DNA of 64,000 nucleotides from the NCBI GenBank assembly GCA_963845185.1, contig CAWJRG010000005.1, forward strand, positions 320,001 to 384,000, written 5' to 3'. The notes beneath the pieces were generated by a model, which was not told where the DNA came from, searched no databases, and saw only the letters and a list, made by a program, of their open reading frames with translations. Origin of the DNA: an uncultured bacterium (GTDB lineage Bacteria; Oederibacteriota; PGYV01; CAWJRG01). The position numbers and the translations under genes were made by a program. Of this stretch, positions 51,364 through 60,376 are shown piece after piece (positions within the stretch are counted from its first letter, which is position 1; every line of letters begins with the position of its first letter).

Positions 51364-51449
51364 GCCGGAGTGGTGAAATGGCAGACACAGGGGACTCAAA
51401 ATCCCCCGCTAGCAATAGCATGTCGGTTCAAGTCCGACCTCCGGCACCA
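51364..51449 (+). tRNA. tRNA-Leu(CAA)
   Basis: Anticodon arm GGGGA-CTCAAAA-TCCCC, long variable arm, GGTTCAAGTCC, ACCA. Confidence 0.95.
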
Positions 51450-51509
51450 GCGTTGTAATGGCCGGAAATTTAATGATAAATTACTGGCTTTAAAAAGGAG
51501 TTTTCGTAA

Positions 51510-51932
51510 ATGAAAAAACCAGAACATGAATCAAGAAAAGCGCCAAGGTATACCCAGATTATTGACGTTGACTGCAAAATCGATTCTTTTCCCGAAGAAC
51601 TTATGACAGTAAACATGCCTTTAAGGCAGGGCGAGTCTTTCAGGGCGAAAACAATTAACGTCAGCGAAAGCGGGATGCTGGTCAATTGCGATTACAGCCT
51701 ACCCGAAAGGACTGTCCTTAAAATAATAATTCCGGCAGGGGAAGTTACCGAAGAAAAATTTCATTTGACGGTCCGCATAGCATGGCTAAAAAGAAACGCC
51801 TACAAACTTTTCGGCAGGTATGCTGCCGGTCTGCACATAATAGATGGCGATAAACTAAATATACAAAAATTAATTGATTACTTCAAAGATGCTCCAGTCC
51901 CAGACATCCCGGATATACCCCCGGGCGAATAA
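51510..51932 (+). CDS. PilZ-domain protein
   Basis: RKAPR and NVSESG motifs. Confidence 0.8.
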   Translation: MKKPEHESRKAPRYTQIIDVDCKIDSFPEELMTVNMPLRQGESFRAKTINVSESGMLVNCDYSLPERTVLKIIIPAGEVTEEKFHLTVRIAWLKRNAYKLFGRYAAGLHIIDGDKLNIQKLIDYFKDAPVPDIPDIPPGE

Positions 51933-54015
51933 TACGATTTCCGACCCCAAAAACAACACCGGTCTTTTAATTCCTGCTTTTTCATCTCTGTTGTTTTTTT
52001 GTATCCTGCTTACGACGGTGCCTCCCTCGGTTTTTCACGGCGATTCAGGCGAGACTATAACGGCAGCCTTTACGCTAGGGATTCAGCATCCGCCCGGTTA
52101 CCCATTGTTCACGCTCCTCGGCAAAATCTTCTGCATGTTTCCCCTGGGAGACGTGTCTTTCAGGGTGTATTTATTGTCGCTGTTTCTGGCAATGATCGAT
52201 TTTTGGCTTATATATTTTGTCTTTTTAAAAATATTGAAGATAATTGGCTACTCCCAGCATTCATCCCTGCTATCGCTTTATCCATCCGCAGTATTTATAG
52301 CCGGCTATACAATATGGGACCAGGCAACAACCGCAAAAGGCGGTATTTATACATTGAATATTTTTTTCACCCTTATTATTTCACTTATATTGATTGAATT
52401 GTATTCAACACGCAGCTACAAATACCGGCTCAAATTGTTTTACCTGTTTTCATTTTTATTCGGTCTTGGCCTGGGCGATCACCATATGTCGCAGTTTATA
52501 ATGCTTCCCGGGTATGTTTTTCTTGTTTATGCCTCCGGATTCTATAAAAACTTAAAGCTTAAAAACTATATCACTGCTTTTTTCTTCTTTTTAATTGCAG
52601 TAATTATATATATTTACCTGCCGGTCAGGGCAAAAGAGGCGTATTTGAACTGGGGCGATCCGTCTACTTTAAAAAATTTCTACCAGACCCTGACAAGATG
52701 GCAGTATTCGAGAGGCGAAATTACAAGTTCTTTAATAAATTCCATGCGCCAGATTTTTAAATTTTTCTCGTCAAATATTATCGAATTTGCGGTGTCTGGT
52801 TCCGTATTTATAATAGCCGGCCTTTACTTGCTCTTTAAAAAAGAAAAAAACCTTTTTATATATATGCTGTATAATCCTGCTGTATTTTTGCTTTTTACCG
52901 CCGTATACCTCAATCTGTCTGTTGACAGGCTTTATATAATGGAAACATATATCACTCCCGCTTACTTTCCCATGTCTATATTTCTGGGTATAGGCATACT
53001 ATGGATGGCTGAAAAAACTTCCGGGCTTTTCCCCAAAAAGCATTTGATGGAATTTATATTTTTTCTCGCAGTTCTCCTTCCTCAATTATTACTTTTCTAT
53101 CCGCGCCTTGATAAAAGCCGTTATTATTATGCGTATGATTACAACCGCAATATGTTACTTTCCGTGGAAGATAACGGTATACTTTTTGCCACCGGCGATG
53201 GCATTATATTTCCCATGTGGTATCTCAGGTATGTAAAACATTACAGGACGGATGTCACCCTGGTTGGTACCGCTGTTTTGCCAATGCGATGGGTCAGGGA
53301 TAACATCAAAACGCAAAACCCGTTTATTTCTATGCCTGTAATAAATACCGACAAAATAGGGACGGAATCAACCGGCGCAATCATAAATGCAATAATACGG
53401 ATGAATTTTTCGCATTACCCCATATATTTCGCGTATAGCCCGCCTGAAGAAGGTGCAATTGATCCCCAGCTTAAACTTATGCCCAAAGCATCGGTATTCA
53501 AGCTTATGCTTAAAAATTATGCTTTCATAACCGGCCAGTATCTTGCCGTTAATAAAAACCTTTGGAAAATATTCAATTTACGTGGTGTTTTCGGCCGCAG
53601 CAAAAAATATACTGACCCTACCTCTGTCAATTTGTACATTAATGACTATGCAGTCGCCTTAAATACAATGGCTCAATTTTGCGAGGACAGCGGGGACTAT
53701 AATCTTGCGCTTGATTATTTTACGCTGGCTCATAAGTTCCAGCCGGAAGATAATGAATATGTGTATAATATGGGAACGACTTATTTCAACCTTGGAAATC
53801 AGAAAAAATCAGTTGAAATGTTTAAAGCCTCCATCGTACTCAACCCAAAATACAAAAGCGCCTGGTATAACCTGGGTGTTGTTTATTATAAACAAAATAA
53901 GTTGAATGAAGCTTTGGATTGTTTTTTACAGTTGAAAAAGATAAATCCTGACCGCAAAGATATAGACCCTACTATAGTTTTCCTTCAAAAAGCCGTATCC
54001 CAGGCCCCAAAATGA
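51874..54015 (+). CDS. DUF2723 (TMEM260-like) GT-C membrane protein with C-terminal TPRs
   Basis: GDSGE, LGIQHPPGYP, YLPVRA..LNWGDP, TPR helices; start uncertain. Confidence 0.82.
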   Translation: MITSKMLQSQTSRIYPRANNTISDPKNNTGLLIPAFSSLLFFCILLTTVPPSVFHGDSGETITAAFTLGIQHPPGYPLFTLLGKIFCMFPLGDVSFRVYLLSLFLAMIDFWLIYFVFLKILKIIGYSQHSSLLSLYPSAVFIAGYTIWDQATTAKGGIYTLNIFFTLIISLILIELYSTRSYKYRLKLFYLFSFLFGLGLGDHHMSQFIMLPGYVFLVYASGFYKNLKLKNYITAFFFFLIAVIIYIYLPVRAKEAYLNWGDPSTLKNFYQTLTRWQYSRGEITSSLINSMRQIFKFFSSNIIEFAVSGSVFIIAGLYLLFKKEKNLFIYMLYNPAVFLLFTAVYLNLSVDRLYIMETYITPAYFPMSIFLGIGILWMAEKTSGLFPKKHLMEFIFFLAVLLPQLLLFYPRLDKSRYYYAYDYNRNMLLSVEDNGILFATGDGIIFPMWYLRYVKHYRTDVTLVGTAVLPMRWVRDNIKTQNPFISMPVINTDKIGTESTGAIINAIIRMNFSHYPIYFAYSPPEEGAIDPQLKLMPKASVFKLMLKNYAFITGQYLAVNKNLWKIFNLRGVFGRSKKYTDPTSVNLYINDYAVALNTMAQFCEDSGDYNLALDYFTLAHKFQPEDNEYVYNMGTTYFNLGNQKKSVEMFKASIVLNPKYKSAWYNLGVVYYKQNKLNEALDCFLQLKKINPDRKDIDPTIVFLQKAVSQAPK

Positions 54016-54018
54016 AAA

Positions 54019-54038
54019 GAGCCGCGTCGCCGCGGCTC
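54019..54038. terminator. Hairpin between convergent genes
   Basis: GAGCCGCG-TCGC-CGCGGCTC preceded by AAAA. Confidence 0.55.
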
Positions 54039-54064
54039 CGTATCAATTAAACTGCTTTTTAAAG

Positions 54065-54937
54065 TTATTCGCTTCTTCTGTCTACTACAAACTCGCTTTT
54101 CGGGAATTTCTGCGCATATTGTTTCAATTCGCTGGCTATATCTTCAACCTGAGCATAATGCGAAAGTTTTCTTGTTATATTCCATACAACGCTTATAGAC
54201 AAAATCATTATCGGAGTTCTTATTTCTTCCCCTCTCCTTGTTTTTGTTATTATATAACCTCTTTCCCTGTCTTCCTTGTCATAATGCTGTTCTATAAGGA
54301 GGTCGAAAGATTTGATAAGCTCCGAGCATATTTTGCTGTACCTGTCCGGGGCTGTAACAATAACGAAATTATCCCCGCCAAGATGCCCAGCGATGTCGTC
54401 TTTCTCGCCGTTTTCCTTTGTTACATCATATATGAGCCCTGCAAGGAATTTTAATACCACATCTCCTTTGTCGTAATCGTATCTTTTGTTATAATATTTA
54501 AAATCCTTCATGTCAATATAGCAAATAGCGGTTTTTATGTCTTCTTCAAACCGCCTTTCTATTTCCTGCTGTATAAACATGCTGTCGGGAAGCCCGGTCA
54601 GCGGGTTTAACTTGCCGATTTTCTTGGCATATTCGTATATTTCCGAATCAAGCGTGATATTGAGGTCAAAAACATCGGGCGTCTGCACTTTTTCCTTTAA
54701 AAGTTCGTCCTGAAGGAATTTCGAAGATGTAATTAAATCATTGATTCTTAAACTATACTTGTCGAGTATTTCTTTTATGGCAATAATTTTCTTCACCATG
54801 GTTTTGCTGAACTTACGGTGACCCGAAGGAAGCCTTACAGGTTTTATAAGCCCTAGACTTTCCCAGTACCTTAAAGTGCGCTCAGATAATCCTGTAAGTC
54901 TTGCTGAAGCTCCTATGCCGATAAGTTTTTCTTTCAT
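54065..54937 (-). CDS. MerR-type HTH fused to GGDEF-like domain (GGDNF)
   Basis: IG..ARLTGLSERTLRYWE.LGLIKP.R..GHR; NPLTGLP, DMKDFKYYN, HLGGDNF. Confidence 0.82.
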   Translation of the reverse strand: MKEKLIGIGASARLTGLSERTLRYWESLGLIKPVRLPSGHRKFSKTMVKKIIAIKEILDKYSLRINDLITSSKFLQDELLKEKVQTPDVFDLNITLDSEIYEYAKKIGKLNPLTGLPDSMFIQQEIERRFEEDIKTAICYIDMKDFKYYNKRYDYDKGDVVLKFLAGLIYDVTKENGEKDDIAGHLGGDNFVIVTAPDRYSKICSELIKSFDLLIEQHYDKEDRERGYIITKTRRGEEIRTPIMILSISVVWNITRKLSHYAQVEDIASELKQYAQKFPKSEFVVDRRSE

Positions 54938-55032
54938 TTTTTTTCCTTTTCGTGATTTTATTCATAACTTAATTGACTTAAAACTTTATACTTCCAAACT
55001 TTCCATTTTGTAATTTTCAAGTTAGTGATTTT

Positions 55033-55061
55033 AGTATATCAGAGATTAGCTTTTTTGTCAA
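55033..55061 (-). promoter_or_regulatory. Sigma70 promoter for the MerR-GGDEF gene
   Basis: TTGACA-N17-TATACT. Confidence 0.55.
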
Positions 55062-55365
55062 TATGATTTTTAAAGGTATAATCCATAAATTAACCGGAAT
55101 TGCAGCATTTATCTTCGAAATAATTGTAATGTTTTATATCATCCAATTATTTGAAAATTTAATGTTAATAAATCAGCAAAAAACCTAAAAATCGAAAGTA
55201 TTGCATTGTATTTTAACTGTTCTTACTTAAAAAAATCATTCAGTTTTATAATTTGAAACTGTGTATTGCTAAATTGTAGATATTTTAAAAACTCAAAACC
55301 GAAACATTACTTATCTTAATTTCTACTAGCCCAGTCAAAAATGCTTACGTGACCCTATACAATTG

Positions 55366-55398
55366 AAAGCGGGAAACGCAATATGCGTTCCCCGCTTT
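55366..55398 (-). terminator. Intrinsic terminator after small secreted protein gene
   Basis: AAAGCGGGAAACGCA-ATA-TGCGTTCCCCGCTTT. Confidence 0.65.
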
Positions 55399-55420
55399 GC
55401 ATAACTTGATTTATTCTTTT

Positions 55421-55690
55421 TTATTTTGCGTTTTTATTTGCAGCTTCAGCAGCCAGTTTTAATTCGGCATTAACCTGATCCAGCAAATCCTTTGCCTTTG
55501 CCGCATGGCCATCCATATCAAATTCGTTGGCTACTTGTGCCGCTGTAATTCTCGCATAGGCTTTATCCACTAATTTCTGTGCAGCCGCGAGATTCGGGTG
55601 CTTTTTCCAGCTTATATTCCTTACCGGTGCCGAGAATATCAAAGTAGCTGCAAACATTAATACACAAATCAGAATAAATGTTTTCTTCAT
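55421..55690 (-). CDS. Small secreted helical hypothetical protein
   Basis: Signal peptide, AGGAGG SD, own terminator. Confidence 0.75.
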   Translation of the reverse strand: MKKTFILICVLMFAATLIFSAPVRNISWKKHPNLAAAQKLVDKAYARITAAQVANEFDMDGHAAKAKDLLDQVNAELKLAAEAANKNAK

Positions 55691-56029
55691 TTTTTGTCCT
55701 CCTTTAATTTGGACTGATTGAAATTTTGTTCATAGCCAGCGCATTATATATTTGTTTTGCGCCCTTTCCTCTTCCTAAATCCTCACATTAGATTAGTCTA
55801 ATCTCACCACCTTTCTCAATGCTTAACCACAATCTAGATTTTATCAATAATCCTTATTCTGACGCAAAAAATATGATAAAGGTTTACAATAATTGAATCT
55901 GGTATTTTACAATGCCCTATTTTATATTTTCAATTATAAACAAATATTGTTAATATTATACGATATTTTTCGTGTTTTTAAATCAAATATTTGTGATATA
56001 ATTATGGCTCAAAATATTACGTTTGCCGT

Positions 56030-56106
56030 CGGGGTGTAGCGCAGCGGTTTAGCGCACCTGCCTTGGGAGCAGGGGGCCGGTGGTTCAAGTCCACTCACCC
56101 CGACCA
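56030..56106 (+). tRNA. tRNA-Pro(TGG)
   Basis: CGGGGTG acceptor, anticodon arm CCTGC-CTTGGGA-GCAGG, ACCA. Confidence 0.95.
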
Positions 56107-56136
56107 GTAATTTTACATCCGTCATTTATTTGAGGT

Positions 56137-56320
56137 GGTGGGCGTAGCTCTGCGGCTAGAGCATCAGGCTTGGGCCAAGTGGCTCAAGGCGAGCGAACGC
56201 CGAGCGATTAGCGCGGAAAAGCCGATCATTAAAAATATCATGCGAGGCGTCAGTGAGCGAGGGGAGGCTACGCAGCCTGCGTCAAGCAGGTAGAGTAGAT
56301 GACCCGTGGGGCCACAGACT
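56137..56320 (+). pseudogene. 5' half of a tRNA-His duplicate followed by GA-rich insert
   Basis: GGTGGGCGTAGCTCTGCGGCTAGAGCATCAGGCT matches the tRNA-His 5' half; insert CTTGGGCC..GGCTCAAG-GCGAGCGAACGCCGAGCGATTAGCG homologous to 12959-13068. Confidence 0.8.
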
Positions 56321-56361
56321 TACTCGCAAGGACTTATATTTAGATTATTATTAATGTATGT

Positions 56362-56438
56362 GGTGGGCGTAGCTCAGCGGTTAGAGCACTAGGCTGTGGC
56401 CCTAGGGGCCGCGGGTTCAAATCCCGTCGCCCACCCCA
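56362..56438 (+). tRNA. tRNA-His(GTG)
   Basis: G-1:C73 8-bp acceptor, anticodon arm CTAGG-CTGTGGC-CCTAG, CCA. Confidence 0.95.
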
Positions 56439-56451
56439 TTAAATAAAACAA

Positions 56452-56724
56452 TTATTGTATTTTATGATATTTCTTGCCTGCAAGTTTTTCTTTTTCCTTT
56501 TTTCCTGCCCTTTTTATACGAAGCTCCCGTTTTAAAGCCCCTGCTATGTCATACCCTTCTTCCACATAAAGCAGTTTCACTGGCCTGCGCCTTGGAATTA
56601 TGTATTTTGCCCCCTTGCCTGAATTATGCGCTTTTACTCTTTTCTTAACATCCTTGCTTATACCGGTGTAAAGTGTTTTGTCCTTGCACCTTACAATATA
56701 TACCGACCAATTTTTTTTTGCCAT
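56452..56724 (-). CDS. Small GIY-YIG nuclease (UPF0213/YhbQ-like)
   Basis: WSVYIVRC.D.TLYTGIS...R...HNSGKGAKY...ALKRE..IK. Confidence 0.9.
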   Translation of the reverse strand: MAKKNWSVYIVRCKDKTLYTGISKDVKKRVKAHNSGKGAKYIIPRRRPVKLLYVEEGYDIAGALKRELRIKRAGKKEKEKLAGKKYHKIQ

Positions 56725-56727
56725 TTG

Positions 56728-58869
56728 CTATATCAGCTTAAATTGCGCTTTCAAAACTTCGGTGTTTTTTGCAGTATTTTCATATCCCGGCTGTACCCCA
56801 CCGACATATAGCATAAACTCCCCGGGCGCAAGGATAAGTTTCCCTTCATTATTATAATATGACATCTGCTCAGGCAAGACTGTAAAATTTATTTTCTTTT
56901 TCATGCCCGGCTTTAAGTGTATGCGTTCAAACCCAACAAGTTGTTTCAATGGGACACTAGAACGCGCTGTCATTCGCTTTATATAAACCTGCACTACTTC
57001 ATCCCCCGCAATTTTTCCTGCGTTCCGGACATCAACACTTAGCAGCAAATCCTTGCCTTTCTTTATTTTTTTTACGTTTAATTTTAATTTGCTGTACTTA
57101 AAAGCCGTGTATGTAAGCCCAAAACCGAAAGGATAAAGTGCCTCGCCCTTAAAATACCTGTATGTCCTGCCTTTCATATTATAATCCTTAAAATCAGGCA
57201 GGTCGTCTGTGGTTTTATAAAAAGTTACCGGCAGCCTGGCGCCAGGGTTGTATTTGCCGAAAAGCACATCCGCTACTGCCTGTCCGCCTTCCTCGCCCGG
57301 GTACCATGCTTCTACGACTGCCTTTATATTTTTGTCTTTTTCATTGAAAGTCACGGCGCTGCCGTTTAAAAGCACGAGTATTATCGGCTTCCCTTTCTCT
57401 GAAATCCTTTCAATCATTGGGTTCTGTATGCCCGGCAACAAAAGATCCTGCTTGTCGCCGCCGGAACCTTCCTCACCTTCATAATCCGGAGAGAGCCCCA
57501 TCACAGCAATCGTGACATCGCATTTTTCAACAACGTCAATAACGGCTTCAATATGGTCGTAACCCCCTTCTTTGATTCCGCACCCTTTTATGTAATCAAC
57601 CCTTGTATTTTTATACATGTTATTTTTTATTCCCTGCAGCACGGTTGTTGCTTTTGATGGGAACCCGTTATAATTGCCGAGCAAGGCATCCACGCTGTCG
57701 GCATTCGGCCCTACAACGGCTATTGATTTGATTTTTTTCCTGTTAAGTGGCAGGAAATTATCCGTGTTTTTCAGCAATACTATTGATTTTTGGGCCGCGA
57801 ACAGACTGAGCTTCCTGTGTTTGCCGCAGTCATTTACGCTGAATGGTATTTTTGCGTATTTTACTTTTTCAGGCGGGTCAAACATGCCGAGCTTAAACTT
57901 TGTATTCAATAAACGTGCTAGTGAAATATCCACTGTTTTTTCGTCAAGCAGGCCATATTTATATGCCTTTTGCAGGCTCTTGCCAGCTTTAGCGCACATT
58001 TTATTCCAAAGGCAGCAGTTTAAATCGCAGCCCAGTCTGGTTGAAAGCGCCGCTGCTTCGGCTTTTGTCTTGACATACTTGTGCCCCTCAAAAATGTCGT
58101 GTATTGCCCCGCAGTCCGATACAAAATGCCCCTTGAATTTCCATTCTCCCCGCAATATGTCCACCATAAGCTTTTTGCTGGCGCAGCACGGCTCGTTATT
58201 TGTCCTGTTATACGCCCCCATAACAGCCTCAACATTCGCTTCCTGCACGCTGGCTTTAAAAGCGGGTAAATATGTTTCCCGCAGATCCTTTTCCGACACC
58301 ACGGCATTAAAAGAATGCCTGTCGTTCTCTGGCCCAGAGTGCACGGCGAAATGTTTCGCGCAGGCCGCGGTTTTCAAATATTTTTTATCGTTTCCCTGCA
58401 TGCCCCGGATAAACTCCACTGCCATGCGGGATGTAAGGTACGGGTCCTCTCCGTATGTCTCGTGTCCCCTGCCCCAGCGGGGATCCCGGAAAATATTTAT
58501 ATTCGGGCTCCAGAAAGTGAGGCCGAAATACATTGTGCGTTTATTTTCCCTCAATGCCTGGTGATGTTTCGCGCGGCCCTCGTCAGATATGGCGGTTGCG
58601 GCCCTGAACATCAAATTTTTATCAAAAGTCGCTGCCAGGCCTATTGCCTGCGGAAAAACAGTCGCGAACCCCGCCCTTGCCACGCCGTGCAAAGCCTCAC
58701 TCCACCAGTTGTATTCCGGTATGCTGAGCCTTGGTATTGCAGGCGACTCGTTCAGCATCTGCGACAGCTTTTCTTCCACGGTCATGCGCGATAAAAGGTC
58801 TTGAACGCGCTTTGCCATAGGTAATCGGTAATCTTTATATGGCGGAACTTTATTCTTCTTTTTTTTCAC
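56728..58869 (-). CDS. GH3 beta-xylosidase/beta-glucosidase
   Basis: WWSEALHG, WSPNINIFRDPRWGRGHETYGEDP, KHFA, VSDCGA, FN3-like C-terminus. Confidence 0.93.
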   Translation of the reverse strand: MKKKKNKVPPYKDYRLPMAKRVQDLLSRMTVEEKLSQMLNESPAIPRLSIPEYNWWSEALHGVARAGFATVFPQAIGLAATFDKNLMFRAATAISDEGRAKHHQALRENKRTMYFGLTFWSPNINIFRDPRWGRGHETYGEDPYLTSRMAVEFIRGMQGNDKKYLKTAACAKHFAVHSGPENDRHSFNAVVSEKDLRETYLPAFKASVQEANVEAVMGAYNRTNNEPCCASKKLMVDILRGEWKFKGHFVSDCGAIHDIFEGHKYVKTKAEAAALSTRLGCDLNCCLWNKMCAKAGKSLQKAYKYGLLDEKTVDISLARLLNTKFKLGMFDPPEKVKYAKIPFSVNDCGKHRKLSLFAAQKSIVLLKNTDNFLPLNRKKIKSIAVVGPNADSVDALLGNYNGFPSKATTVLQGIKNNMYKNTRVDYIKGCGIKEGGYDHIEAVIDVVEKCDVTIAVMGLSPDYEGEEGSGGDKQDLLLPGIQNPMIERISEKGKPIILVLLNGSAVTFNEKDKNIKAVVEAWYPGEEGGQAVADVLFGKYNPGARLPVTFYKTTDDLPDFKDYNMKGRTYRYFKGEALYPFGFGLTYTAFKYSKLKLNVKKIKKGKDLLLSVDVRNAGKIAGDEVVQVYIKRMTARSSVPLKQLVGFERIHLKPGMKKKINFTVLPEQMSYYNNEGKLILAPGEFMLYVGGVQPGYENTAKNTEVLKAQFKLI

Positions 58870-58898
58870 TTATGCCTCCAAAATATTAAAAACAGTTT

Positions 58899-60365
58899 TT
58901 AGTAATCTTTACTGTGCCCTAAAAGCGATTTTACGCCTCTGAAAGCAAGTTCCAGATCCTTTATGCTCCTTAAACTGACAAAGCTTTTTAAAAGAAAGAG
59001 CGGATGCCTGTGTATTGCCCACATTTTCCTGCACCAGTATGTGTTGTCAACTCTGCTTTTTAATATGTCGTGTTCCATATCCATTTTATCATAATCCCTG
59101 CCCTCTTCGGTAAGCCAGTTGTTTTTCTCTGCTTCTTTATAAAGCGGGGTGCCCGGGTAAGGCATCACAATGGATGCCTGTAAAGAGTCGCCAAAATGCG
59201 TCTTATAAAGCATTAGTTCCTTTGCAGCATCATAAGTGCTTTTTACATCATTTTCGTCTTCCCACGGGTATCCTGTCATCATTGTTAATAATACTTTGAA
59301 TCCGTATCTTTTCGCCCTTTTTACGTTTTCCATTATTTCTTCTATTGTTTCAAGTTTGCCTATTTTATGAAGGGTTTTTGTACTGCCCGACTCGAGCCCG
59401 ACTTTTAAGAGCCTGTATCCTATTTTTTTCATTAAATTGCATTTTTCATCAGTCAAATTCTCGGCCCTGGCGTTTGTTGATATTATGAATTTGCCTTTTA
59501 TTTTTCTTCTTTCTGTTTCAATTAAAAATTGTTCCATCCACTGCGTGCTCCATATTGCCCCCGACTCATTGTCGTCGAATATTTCATAGACTTTGTATTT
59601 TTTTATTAACTCCTCTATTTCTTCTGCTACGTTCCCGGCAGAACGGAGCCTTGCTTTACGCTGCCAGAATGCGTGCTGCCACACGCAGAATGTGCATATG
59701 CCTCCAATATCTTTTCCCTCCCTGCCACAGCCCCTGCCGGTAAGTATGTATGCGCAAGGCCTGTAAAGGTAAGCTTCGCCGTATAATTCCCAGTTTGTTA
59801 TTTCCCTGTCTACAAAAGGCAGGGAATCAAGGTTATCGTAAAGCACTGCTTTACCCGTATTTTTAATTATTCCCGAATCTTTGTAATAAACGCCCCCGGG
59901 CATGCTGCCTTTTTTGTTTACCGCGTCAATTAAATAACCTGCTGTTATGTCATAATCCCCGCCGGTAACAATATAATCAGCGTTGCAGTTGTTCAATGAC
60001 TCCTCAGGGAAAAAACTCACATGGTCGCCTACAAGGATAAATTTGGCATTAGGCATCCGGCTTTTGGCACTGTCTATCCATTTCCAGTGAAATTTTATTA
60101 TTGGTGTTTTCGTCTCGATTAATATGACATCTGGGTTAAAATCCGATACTTGAAAGTTGAAAGTCTTGTCATCCATTCCGCGATTTATGCCGTCAAGGAA
60201 TAAGACACTATAACCTTTGTTCTTAAGTATTGTTATTGTTGAGGCCGGGATCAGCGGATAAATTTTTATTTCAGCAGAATGGGTATATTTGAACTGCCTG
60301 TTTTGGGCTAAAAGCGGTATTTTTCCTTCCTTAAAATTAGGCGGGTATATAAACGCTATGTTCAT
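58899..60365 (-). CDS. B12-binding domain radical SAM protein
   Basis: N-terminal B12-binding-like fold, GRGC-x10-CTFC, FDD, VGLESG, PYPGT. Confidence 0.85.
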   Translation of the reverse strand: MNIAFIYPPNFKEGKIPLLAQNRQFKYTHSAEIKIYPLIPASTITILKNKGYSVLFLDGINRGMDDKTFNFQVSDFNPDVILIETKTPIIKFHWKWIDSAKSRMPNAKFILVGDHVSFFPEESLNNCNADYIVTGGDYDITAGYLIDAVNKKGSMPGGVYYKDSGIIKNTGKAVLYDNLDSLPFVDREITNWELYGEAYLYRPCAYILTGRGCGREGKDIGGICTFCVWQHAFWQRKARLRSAGNVAEEIEELIKKYKVYEIFDDNESGAIWSTQWMEQFLIETERRKIKGKFIISTNARAENLTDEKCNLMKKIGYRLLKVGLESGSTKTLHKIGKLETIEEIMENVKRAKRYGFKVLLTMMTGYPWEDENDVKSTYDAAKELMLYKTHFGDSLQASIVMPYPGTPLYKEAEKNNWLTEEGRDYDKMDMEHDILKSRVDNTYWCRKMWAIHRHPLFLLKSFVSLRSIKDLELAFRGVKSLLGHSKDY

Positions 60366-60376
60366 TTATTAGGTAT

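Noticed and set aside
55859..55888. Possible ECF promoter (minus strand GTAAAC-N17-CGTC) for the small secreted protein
   Set aside because: Single instance about 170 bp from the start and different from the GGAAC/GTCTAA motif; too weak to call.
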